Shown: piece by piece, positions 26,401 through 37,759 of the stretch | Numbering within the stretch: position 1 is the first letter of the stretch | Layout of the letters: the number at the start of each line of letters is the position of its first letter | From: Moniliella sp. 'wahieum' | Taxonomy: Eukaryota | Direction: 5' to 3' | Assembly (NCBI GenBank): GCA_003971905.1 | Contig: RSEE01000002.1 | Location: 1,178,001 to 1,242,000 of the forward strand | DNA: 64,000 nt | Position numbers and translations under genes: made by a program | Notes under the pieces: model-generated | Told to the model about the DNA's origin: nothing | Seen by the model: the letters and a program-made list of their open reading frames with translations, nothing else | The model's database searches: none

Positions 26401-28974
26401 GAGAGTGATGTAGGTGCTCTCGTCCTCCACTCGGAGGATTTCCCGCAGAGACAGCAAAATCTTCTCGAATAGTGGGGGGTGAGACGGAGGTAAAAGTAGG
26501 CATGGCCGCCACAGGGATAGGGGGAGGCATGTCAATCAATAATGACTGAGCAAAAAAGCTGATCCGCCGATCCGCTTCCGATCTTGGGAAGAACTCTGGA
26601 GGGCGTCCGGCTTTGGGGTAAAAAAAGGAGGGAGGACTTAAGAGAAGCTGCCCGTGTCGGATTGGACTTGGCGGTTTAGAGCAGGTGTTGAACATGTTCG
26701 ATGCTCAGCAAGTGCTCGCGGTATAAGGATATGACGACCGCATTCCAAATTTGGGAGACAAGCACCTTTGGTTTGTACCCGGCTTCCTTCCCGGTGTGAC
26801 AGAGGAGTTTGGTGTAGATTCGCCCAGGCAGGCGATGGTACATCTCCTTCCAGGGCGTCCAAACAGAGATTCCCACACGGAAGGCCTGGGCAACACTAAA
26901 AACGGTGCTCCAGACGACATGCCATAGGAAAGTATCGAGAAAGAAAGGACAAGTCCATGAGGATCATAATGGCCAGGGTAAAGATGGGCTGGTTTTTGCA
27001 CAGTGCCTGGCCAAAGTATCGGTCGCGGCAGTTTTGCACCTGCATCCGCACCAGGATCGACAGGGACTCGCTAAAATTGAGGGCGAGGAAAAAGTACGAT
27101 TCGGTCAACTTGCAGCCAAAGATGAGAATCCAGGAGCGCAATTGTTGCTCGTCGGCCCGCAGGGAGCGAGGGGTTGGGGTAGGAAACGTTTGGCTAGCAA
27201 GATACTTGCGGGCTTTCCCACGTACCCGATCACCAAACATACGCCCACTGGGCACGATCGAGAGAAAGACGGTGATTGTGCCTGCCACAGCAATGTGAAC
27301 CAACCCAATGATGGTCGGTACCGTCCCTTTGTGAGAAAAGCCGAGGACATATACCGCGGGGGCGACTGTAAGCGCAAGGCAGACGAGCAAAAACAATGTC
27401 CGGGAGAGAAGGTGAGCATTGTTGTGATTGTTTCCTCCCACATACTCCCACTCAAAAAAGGTCGCAAGCAGCATCAGCATCACCGACACTGCCCCACCCA
27501 GTCCCGCAAACGTCAATTTTTGAGGAAGTGTGGGTGTATTATCAGCGGTGTAGATCCGGGGTGCGTTTGCTCTAACGGAAGGTGTGAGGTTGGTTAGATG
27601 GCAACACACGGAAAAGGGGACGGGAATGGAAGATAAAAATGAACATACGCTGTGTAATACCAAAAGGCCGACAAGTGGAAGATCCAAATGCGGTTGAAGT
27701 TGACGACAAGGTGTCCCCAAGAGCGGGACTCGCGGTAATTCTTGAAGAAGACAAGCTCCCAATTGATCTTGTCAAACTTCATGTATCGCTGCTGTGGGTC
27801 CACATCGACAAGGCGAGTTCCATCCCTGAGAACGATGCGGGAGATGCCTTCCGGGTACCAAAATAGTTGGTTGACATCGTCATACCCAATGATTTGGGCA
27901 TGGTCCTTTTCCTTTTTGACAAACTTGCCGTCAACCACCTCAAAGACCTGGTCGCGTAGGAACCGGTAGAGGGGACGCACTACAGCCCACAGAAAGAGGC
28001 CTTCGGGGACAGGCTCAAGACGCGCCTGGCACTCGGGGCTGCGATAGTAGTCATCAGCACATTTAAAGATAAAGCAGAGACACTCGGGAACAAAGCGAAC
28101 CTGACCGCCTTCGCCCCAGCAGAGAAGCCACAGGGCGATTTGACGGAGACGATCGTAATTGTTCATCCGACCCATGGCCTCGCGCCATCGATCCGACGCC
28201 GAGCCTAGGCTTTTGACTCGAGCCGTCGTGCGGGGTGCCATGGATACCGAAGTAGTGGGAATACGCATAGTCGTAGCTCGGCTCAAACCGGGGTTCTGCG
28301 CCTCGCCAATTGCATCGTCCAAGTCGAGCTGGGAGGCAAAGTACCATTTGCGATAGTTGGCGTGCTCGCCACCAATAAAGTCGGCGTGAAGGGTGGCCAG
28401 GGCCAGGTCCGGGCTCATCCGACTGGCGCGACTGTCGAGAAGAATCATAAGGTGGTCGTACATGTTGCGCATGGAGTCGCGCTGGAAGCCAAACTTGTTG
28501 ACGAGGTCAATGAAGATGTCCTCGACCTCTTCCTTGGATAGAGGGATGCCTTCTCAGGGGTCCAGGCAGCATACGTGTCCGGAGGGGGAGCGGAGGGGAT
28601 TGGATATGAGGAGTGGTCGACGTAGCCCGAGGAGACATCTGCGAAGCTGGCGTCTTCGAAGCTGGCGTCTGCTAAGCTGGTGGTGTAGTAGGTACTATCG
28701 GCCACAGAGGCATAGCGGATCTTAGACTTGCCCCCTGGATGGCGTCGTCGTCATCCGCATCGACATCGTCGTCATTATCGGGGTCATCGTTGGCGAATGG
28801 GTTGGGGAGATTGATTTGGGACAGGTCATCATCCAGCTTGTCCGTCAGCGTAAGGCGGGGACTGGCGTTGTTGTCATGGTCGCTGCCAGGGGCGCTGGGG
28901 AGGAAGGGCTGGTCTTCTTCAGGCTCGGGGGGGAGGGCGAGGGGGTGGGAGAAGGCGGGCGGGTCGTCAGGCAT
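23417..28974 (-). CDS. FKS1: 1,3-beta-glucan synthase catalytic subunit (FKS, GT48); introns 27572-27648 and 24495-24590
   Basis: [160 protein letters not shown] and [10 protein letters not shown]. Many indels. Confidence 0.97.
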
Positions 28975-30189
28975 GGTGGTGGTGTGCGCCCAGGGGGAGG
29001 CGGTGGGGGAGGGATATAGGGGGCGGGAAACATGTATATACGCGCAAGCCATGCTGAATGGCCGCCGACAGCAGGCAGCGCACAGCCAGCGCAGCCCAGC
29101 GCCCCGCCCCGATAGTGTGTATACCCGCTACATAGCGTCCACACTTTATCCTCGCCTCGCAAACGCATTGTATACCGAGTACCGACGGAGGCAGCCGCCT
29201 CTTCGATGCGCCGGCGGCTGCTCATCGCCTGCAGATGGATGATCAGCCACCTGGACTTACTGTGTCCATCTCAGAGCCCAGAGGGCATGCCGGAACTCCG
29301 GGGGTCTCGGTCAGCCGTGCTGTCGCTCTGCCGCTCGGCTGCTGGCACGGTGTGCGTCTCACACGTGCTTCCATAGCACCCCCGCTGCGGAAGCAGGCCG
29401 AGGGCAGCAACAACCTCGCAAGAGCCGCCCATGCGAACGCCATGCCATCCTCTCTTCCCTATCTCGAATCATCCATCTTCACCCTTCAATCCACCGCCTA
29501 CTACGTACTTGCAGACAGCCCCCCCCGCCTACGCGCACACAGACACAGTCCACCCCTGGCCACCCCCTCCCATCTCCTTTCGCTAGGAACGCGTGTTGCC
29601 TTTCGGTACATGTGTATACCACAGCCCGCACATGCGCCTCCGGCCGTCGCTCGCCAATCTCCATCGGATGGTGTCCATCATCCGGCACCCTCTCTTTGGG
29701 GGCTGCTTTTTTATTGTGCTTGATAGCAGAGAGACCCATCCGAGCCACACTCTCGCTAAACACACTCATCCTAGCTGTGTGGGAAGAGATATAAGGAGGA
29801 CCGAATGCAGGATGCGTATTGCATGGAGATCACCTTATCGCGTCTTTCCTGCTGCGATAGGTCAGGGCGATCAGGGTGGCTCTGCCCTCTGGGGCCGGAG
29901 ACAACCCCCGAACCTCTCCAAGGAATAAGAGACATCATAATGACGGATGCCTCCCTCCACTTGCGTTATAGTAAACGCCTTCGAAGCAATTTTATGGTGG
30001 GAACATGGGCGTTTCCGGCTGCATTCTTAATGACGCCTCCCTCCCATATAACTGCCCACAATCCTCGCTCTCCTCAGGCCTCAGACCTCATACTTCCTCA
30101 ATGACCCAAATCAAAGTAACTTCGCCTACAAAAACAGGTAGCAGTGAGTGCCGTGTGATCATGGTCGACCTCGCATTACGGTAACCAGT

Positions 30190-30403
30190 GCGCGCGTGAG
30201 CGTGAGGGTGAGCGCGCGAGCAGGCCTGAGCGCCTGAGCCTGAGCACATCCATCACCCTAGTCACGCGAGTCACAGCTAAGCTAGACTGCTTCAGGAGCT
30301 GAGTAAAGGCTGGTTCCACAATGCTACTAAGTATGATTAAGTAAGGCCCTACGTAATCTATGCACTGCCGTGACGCGTGACGCGTGATCGATAATCGATG
30401 ATC
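30190..30403. repeat. Palindrome-core heptamer cluster, including a phase-conserving chimeric array
   Basis: TGA-CGCG-TGA-CGCG-TGA-TCGA-TAA-TCGA-TGA at 30371-30401; aggcctgagcgcctgagcctgagc near 30222-30245. Confidence 0.85.
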
Positions 30404-30429
30404 TGTCGAGCTGGCGAGCAGATACGTTG

Positions 30430-32920
30430 AGGTCACGGAGGCCACATGCAAATGGACGGCTAATAGCAACACGGTCCACGTCGGTAAAAGGGGTTCTTCG
30501 GGATTGTCTCGATTTGGCGATAATGCACAGTTCCAAGCGGTACGAGGCCATCTTGACCTCTTGGATGCGGTGGGGGTGGCTCAAGCCGATTTGGTTCGCT
30601 TGCGCTACTGGTCCTCGGCCAACACTGCCCGTGAGCAGCACCTCGTTGAGGTCATTGCCAACCGTTATTCCCCAAGTATGGCAAGTATGCCGACATTCTC
30701 AAAGAGGCAGGCATTTGGGATATGTATCCCAAGGAGGCGCTCGAGTTTCTTTGGGAGGCGGTCTTGAAAGTCCGCCAGGGTTCCTTGATCCTACTGCATA
30801 GAACGACGTGGTTGGGCTGAACTCTGATTTGCTGTAGACCCTCTGTTTTTCCCTTTTGCATATATAATCGCACCTTTCTCCATCCGACTCAGCTCGCATG
30901 CCCCCCCCCCCCCTTTTCTCCGAGGTAAAGTTACCTCGCCTCCGACCGTTCCATTTGATGAATATCCATTGTCCTTCTCCCATCACCATCTCTCCTGATA
31001 CGCATGAGTTACCACACGACATGTTATGATGTGGGAACTTGATCTCCAGATGGAACTGCGCGCTTCTGTGCTGAACGAGCCAAGAGAAGCTCTTATCCAA
31101 CTACTGGGTTGACTGGATGCCATTGCCAATACTTTGACGATATTGGCGTTCGCCATCATCGCGTCATCGACGCCCAGTACAACATTTCTGGCGCTGGCCG
31201 CACCACCCAGTTCTGTACCGGACCACCAACACACTCGGCCACCTTCAGCCACCGTGACGACGGTAATTGAACCTGCGTCGGGCACCCAGACTCACATGCT
31301 TTCGTACCATATTTGGGAGGATTCGACCAATCGCAAACTGTGCACCGTCCTACACCATCCTCAAGGGCAACAACGCCCCAACATCATGGTCTTTGGCATG
31401 TTATTGGCCCTTCACACGTGTAACTCATCTCCTCTCTTCCTTGTTACACTTCTAACACTAGATTGCTTTTTGCGATGTGTCTGATTTCTCAACCTTTGGA
31501 TTGACTTTGGTGTGAGGCGTCGCTTTGCCCATGTAGCACGCCAGATAGGTAACAAAAAGGTCAATAATATCTTCCGAGGGACCACGGATCTCAGTTTACC
31601 ACAGCAAATAGTTAAGGCAATGTGAGCGAAGGAAATGAAGAGCATGAGTTGACTGCTCCATACACACCAGTTCTCAAAATTGCCGAGCTAAGCGAGTGCA
31701 GGGTACTTGATGGAAGTGTGCACAATACTTCCTCATTGGAGGTAAATTGCCCAAAAGTCTATGCCGGCGTATATTGGTTCGTACGGCGCGGTGTACCTGT
31801 ACAACTTGATTCCAACACCGGTGAGGTTGACTTCGGAGCTGGAGAAGGTGAATCTGAGGAACGGTGGTCTGAGAAGAGGGCTATGGTGGATTATCTTCGC
31901 GCGATTGTGTATTACTTGGGTGTGCGACTGGAGAGAGAGCAAGCCCGAAGCACGTGGTCTCCGGGGCGCTGTGTCGGATATGAGATAGTCGGATTTCCAA
32001 GATAGGGTTCCCTCTTTGGCACGTTTTGGTAAGTCGTCATGTTCTTTTCGACGAGTTTAGCCGTCTAGCGTATCCTTTCTGCGCTCCAGAAGAAGTTTGC
32101 TGTCATCCTCTCCGGTTTCCTCAGATCGCCCTCTCGGATTGCGCATCACGCATGACCGCACGGCTGGCATAGCATGCCTCGACCAGGAGGAGTATATCAG
32201 GATGTGGTTCAGCTCTCCGGCAAGGGCCAGGCGAAAGGACGTACCCTCAACATGGCCCAAGGAGCCTTCAATTCGGCCTTGCTTTCCAGCCATGCGGCCA
32301 AGGAGGAGAATGGTGGAGATGCGAGGGCCGTGGGGGAACGGCTCAAGTCGGTTTACTCTGCGGCGGTGGGGTCGATCTTGTACGCTGCGACGAATAAGCG
32401 CCCGGATGCGGCACATGCGTATCATGCCGTTTCTCGTAATAACTCGGCACTAATAGAGGTTGCTTTGGTCTGGGTAAAGGGGAACATTGCCTGCCTGAGG
32501 TGCACGTGTTCGGTCGCTTTGGTGTATCAGCGTGATGGTGCTGGACAGGTGGTTGTCTGGTCTGATGCAGACTTACAGAAAACGATGATGGTTCAAGCAT
32601 CTCTGGGGCTGTTTTTTCTTTTGCTGGAGGTGCCTTTTGTTAACACCCGGAAGCAGTAGATGGTGGCGGTCAAAACACTGGAGGGGATGAAGCGGACGAC
32701 GGAAGGAGGGGAGACGCGTTTTGCGAACATGTGGCTGTGTGAGGGCAAGGCAGTTGCACCGACAAGAACTTGCACTTGTAACTGTGGTTACCTGCTATAC
32801 AGAAACGACTTTTCTGACACTCTGATCCTCGGACGGACAATATGTGTTGCACGGTCGTAACTCTTTCGTTTCCGGGCAAGAGAACGGAGTGCACGCGGCT
32901 GGCGGGTAGGAGGGGGGGGT
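30430..32920 (+). mobile_element. Degenerate Ty1/copia LTR retrotransposon remnant (integrase, RT C-terminal part, RNase H, PPT)
   Basis: Integrase motifs HELTAPYTP (31643), LPKSL, AVYLYNLIPT, ERWSEKRAMVDYLR and CVGY; RT motifs LGLRITHDRTAGIACLDQEEYI and YSAAVGSILYAATNKRPD; RNase H motifs VVWSDAD and RKQ*MVAV; polypurine tract aggagggggggg at ~32908-32919. Domains are in copia order (IN before RT). The 5' limit is uncertain. Confidence 0.85.
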
Positions 32921-33114
32921 CTTAAGCTGTGCTACCGGCGGAAAACTCGGTAAAAGAGGCCTGAGAACCGCCAATGCAGTACCAGGTAACGGGTAGCAGG
33001 TAACCGGTAAACGGGGTCACAGTGACGGTTAAACAGGTTCAATATGATTCAACGGCATTCAATATCCAACCTTAATTTGAAGCATTTTAGCGCACGCCGA
33101 CAGCGGCCTGTGGC

Positions 33115-34570
33115 CATTTAACGTTAACGTTTAACGTACGTTGAACGTGTGCCACGAGAGTGTGTTGGATTTACTATGGGGTTGGTTCTTTCAGTACTTG
33201 GTGGCTGCTGTAGTGGCTAGGCGCGAACAAAGCAGACCCTTCATCACATGCATCGCGTGCATCGCACGGTTCATATCACACCGCAATCACATTGTATGTT
33301 GAGACATATCCATGCATTGTAGCTTTTGGAGTCGAAGGGTAGACCGTGCGTAGATTTTGGAAGCTGGATAGGGGATCTGCAGAGCAGCTTGCAGAGCAGG
33401 TTGTGACTGGAATCTACCTCCTGCGTAGCTATCGTTAGCGCGTTAGACGCGTTAACGTTAACGTTTAACGTTCAACGCCTGACGCGGCCTTATATTACGC
33501 GTTACTTGCGGGCAGGTGGCGGCGTGTTGACGCATGCGGTATGGGCTGGGATGGGCTGGGAGTGTTGAGCCACACTGTGGGTACCGCCAATATTCCTTCT
33601 GTCCCTCCTTAGCGAGACGCTTCTAGCAGTTCATTGTGTTCTCTTCGCTTATGTGTTTCCATGTTCTGCAGGGTGGGCGACTGTCTGTGTAGGTTTTTTA
33701 GACCGCCATCACAGCCACACTAGCGTAAATTCACCTTCGAGGACTGCATCAGGCCGACTCCATCATGTATCAGGTGCATCAGGATGGGCTGGAATGGGAT
33801 GCTAGCAGTATTGCCCTGTCCATGTCATCTTTCCATCTTCCCGGTTACAGGTTCCTCACATGCAATTGCCACGAGGTCACAGAGTCACAGAGTCACATGT
33901 GACAGTGACGGTCACCTGACCAGCCACTCGGCTGCCACCCAAGTACGTACGCCCAATGTCACTGCATCACTTCGTCATTCATATTAGAGTTTCCTAGGTA
34001 GGCATCACCATCACGCGTGTCGTCACGCGTCACGCGCATTGGGTTCGTCGAACCCTTTTGCCCGACAGCGGCAAAACCATACGATACCATGTAACACTTA
34101 TAGAACAAGGTTACAGACGTTCATTACCGGTTACCGGTTACCGGGTACCTACCACGTTCAACGTGTTGATCAACACGTTCAACCAATTTCAATGTCCAAC
34201 CTCAACACCATTTTTTCAACACCTCCAAACGCCGACGTTAATCATTCGATGCTGTGAGGCTGCTGGGCACTGGCCTGTACCAAGAGCGGGTCTGGAGTGA
34301 GGCTGAGGCGGCCTGTGGCTGAGGATGACTTAGCATGGCCGATGATAAATGATTGATGAGTACCAGCGCTGAGCGCTGACGCGCTGACCCATTATTAAAC
34401 CGCTCGTTGAGCGCAGCGTTCAACGTGTTGAACGTTGATTAACGATTAACGTTGAACGTTGAACGTTGAATGTACTTGAACGTTGAGACGTTGAGGCCAG
34501 CGGCCTGAGGGAGGTTGAACGTGTTGAGGACCTGAGGCCCTCCGGCATCAGCCGGAGGTCTCAGTATTGA
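33115..34570. repeat. Extended region of palindrome-core heptamer arrays
   Basis: AACGTT arrays at 33117-33147, 33450-33476 and 34418-34490; (ACGCGTC) at 34011-34037; TTA-CCGG x3 at 34124-34144; GCGC-TGA-GCGC-TGA-CGCG at 34366-34383; AGGCCT-type units at 34490-34540. Confidence 0.85.
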
Positions 34571-35167
34571 GTACTAGTTACTGAAGGGCCTGTGGCCTCC
34601 GCGGGAGGAGAGAGGTATGCGATGGTTGAGACGACGTCTACGTATCCGTCGCGCCCGATGGACACGGCAGCCAACAATCATCTGAAGTATCACAGCGGAT
34701 GGGACATGCGCCGAGTGACGGTGACTGGTGACGCGTGACGACGGACTCGGTGACTGGAACGGTGGCGGGGAAGAGGAGGACAGGGAGCAGACAGGGAGAC
34801 GAGGGAGACTGGCGCTGTGCCTCTGTGCGCAGGCCGCGGTTAGCCAGGCACGCCCTGGCACGCCGTTGTAGCTCCGCTCGGCACTGCGGCAGAGGGCGAC
34901 TAGCTTCGCGTGGGCCGCATGTCACTCTTTCTTATAAGCAAGCCCGCCTTCTCTCGGCCCTCCCCGACCGCCCTTTCTTCCCCTTCCCCACCGTTTCACC
35001 TTCGACCGTCAACCCCCCACACCATCCCCACCACTGGTTGGTGCCCGAGAGCCGGCTATCTCCTCCCGTTCCTCCCATCACCTCTCTCCAGCCGGTCTGG
35101 CCTTCCTTCTCACCCCTTCATCCTCTGGCCTGGAGCCTATACGCCGGTCGTATTCCTCATCATCATC

Positions 35168-36881
35168 ATGCACCCTCGTCCGCTGGTCGGTTCTCTTCCT
35201 CCTGCTCCTCGCCCACCTTGGCGTTGGGGTCAGTGCACTGCCCATCCGTGTGCTTCATGCGCCTGCCAGTCCCACACGGCGCACCCTACTGCCTTGACGG
35301 CGGAGCCTAAAGCCTGCTCCATCCACGGGGCTTTACCCCTTCCCAAGCCGTGTCCAAAGCGCTTGCGCAAGCCGGCAACCAGGGAAATCCTCGTCGCGCT
35401 GCGTCCCCGGAGGTGCTGGCTCCTCTTCTTCCGCTTCCGCTCGCCCCACATCTGCCTCATCCTACTCTAGCTCGCACTCACTCGCCGACCTCGTCGGCTG
35501 GCTCGGGTTCCAACTCAGGCTCTGGCTCGGGCTGGTTCAGGCTCGGGTTCAGGCTCGGTACAGGCTCAGGTTCGGGTTCAGGTTCGGGTTCCTCAAGTTC
35601 GAAGAGCACTTCCCACGGTTCTGGCAGCTCAGCGGGTGCTGGCAGCTGTCCTGCCTGGGCTACGGGTGGGTACAACGGCCCCAAGACCAAGAGCATGAAT
35701 GTCCCCACCTCGTGCTTCCTCCCATCGTCTTCGTCAAGTCCTCGCTCCTCCGCGTCCAAGTTCCTCTCCTCGTCCAAGTCCACGGCGGCTTCAAGCACCA
35801 AGACTTCTTCCACGGTTTCCTCGACCAACACGCAATCCACCTCCAAGTCCATGTCGAGTACCCCACCTCCTCTAAGTCTTGGAGCTCGTCCAGCGTTACG
35901 TCGTCTACAGCAAGCCACAAGTCAACGTGCAAGCCCAAGAGTTCTTCTACGCGCAGCAGCAGCAGTGCTACTAGCACCTCAAGTTTCCTCCAGTAGTGCT
36001 TCCTCCGGCAGTTCTTTGCCGAGCAACCCCCTACTGGTACGTTGCCGCACGATGGGTACAGCAAGGCAGAGCTGAGCACGGATTTGCACAAGATCATGGC
36101 CTGGGCCGACGACTTGGAACAGCTGAAGGGTGGTTTGTTCAATGAAAATGTGGATGCCGTGTGGCACGCAGCGGCACGGTACTGGAATGAGATGCCTGCC
36201 CGTGTTGGCGGCGCGCTTCATCCTTGCTGACATTCGAGCCGAGTCTGACTTTGACAAAAGATGGTCGACGGTCCTGCCTGGGGCCTTCTCCAAGTCAGCC
36301 GGGTCAAGACAGCAACGATGACCTTGTTCAAGCAGCATGCACTGTCAAACACCACAAGGTATCGTGGCAAGCGGGTGGAATCAGTCAGGCGAAGGATCGG
36401 GTGCATGACGGACTACCAGTCTTCGGATCCGTTGGACTTGGCCAAGTTGACCAACCGGGATCTTCTCCGTCCGTGGATCAACATTCACGTCGCGTCCTGG
36501 ATCCAGTCCAATCTGGCCCGGTCGGGGAGCAACGATCCCTACGACTGGCAAGAGATGGCCCGTCTGTCCCATTCCGTCGCACACACCAGCAGCACGTCCA
36601 AGCGAACCCAAAGCCAAACCAAGTTGAACAAGTTCTTGCAGGCCACCCAGTTGCCATACACGTTCCAGACCGCTCTGGGGTCCTGGCTTGCCGGTCCCGC
36701 GACCGATGGTCCTGGGTCGTACAAGCAGACGGGCGATAACCGGTCAGGCCAGTACATCAACTCGGTTCTGGCTGGCGTCAAAGTTTTGTTTGGCAAGCCG
36801 AACTTGACGACCAACATTTTCAACAAGTGGTCGGTACACCCGGGATTGGTGGATTACAATATCCATGCTTTGTCTGTGTGA
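35168..36881 (+). CDS. Putative secreted Ser/Gly/Thr-rich protein with a C-terminal lysozyme/lytic transglycosylase (SLT, GH23-like) domain
   Basis: TATAAG at ~34933; signal-like N-terminus (MHPRPLVGS..LLLLAHLGVGVSALP after frame correction); (GS)n and S/T linker; then ARFILADIRAESDFD..GPAWGLLQVS and DLLRPWINIHVASW, resembling the SLT motifs xxESxF, GLMQ and DPxxNI. Confidence 0.6.
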
Positions 36882-37759
36882 GCTGTGCTCCGCTTCCATG
36901 ACTCGGTCGATTTTGTTTTCATTGGTCCCGCATGCTGGCTCCATTTGGTTTGGTTTGGCTACCTTGTCCGCGTCCCTGATACCCTCCGTATCCTATCCCT
37001 CGCGGCCCTCTTAGACAGTTCTGCTGAACTGTTGTCTTTTGCGTGACAACTCTGCTCTTAATCTTGTATTCTCTGCGTGCCCTCTCCCCGAATTTATCTC
37101 TACCTTTTCCCCATAAAACCATTTGCTACGATAGCGTTTCCGATTTTTGGCGTTTTGCCTAAGCTTGGAACGTGCTAGTTCTTGGAGATACAATGAGAAG
37201 TATCGTCGCCTAGACGAACAGAGGCGGGTCTTATCTCCGGTGCCACACTGGCGGTAGTTGCACCCCGGTAGCCCTCCTGTGCGGAGTCAGACGCAGAGAG
37301 GTGAACGTGAGGCAGAGGATGATGCTGAGTTGGAAGAGTGAAGCACAATCTCAACCAAGTCACTTTTACACTCCGGATACTCCGCATCAATCTTTAACCC
37401 TGATACGCTTACGGGGCTACACACCCCTCCGTTTGACACCTACACCCCTTGCACCCATCATTAACCCTCTACACCTGGCCAAATACACCCATACGTCAAC
37501 ACTCGGCACGTCAACACCCCATCCGTCGCTACTCCATCTACGGCTACTTCATCCGTGTTCATCACTCCACCTGACGAGGCCAGCCCATCAATCGGCACCC
37601 ATTCGGACCAGCACAACTTTTTAGATTAAGAATCTTGGCTGCTGGAACAAGCAGAGTGCGACAAGAACGTCAAGTACCAGGTACGCACTCAAGGGCCGTT
37701 TTTTCCCTTGGTTTGACGAAGCGAGGATATTATGGCACCAAGACAGCGGGCAAGATGTT

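Noticed and set aside
30130..30150. aggtagcagtgag as a tRNA-Met primer-binding site for the copia relic
   Set aside because: It is only a partial match, and no matching LTR pair could be found.
37484..37495. ACACCCATAC, a Rap1-like site
   Set aside because: It is a single short match in a C/A-rich tract, and Rap1 DNA-binding logic from budding yeast cannot be assumed for this fungus.
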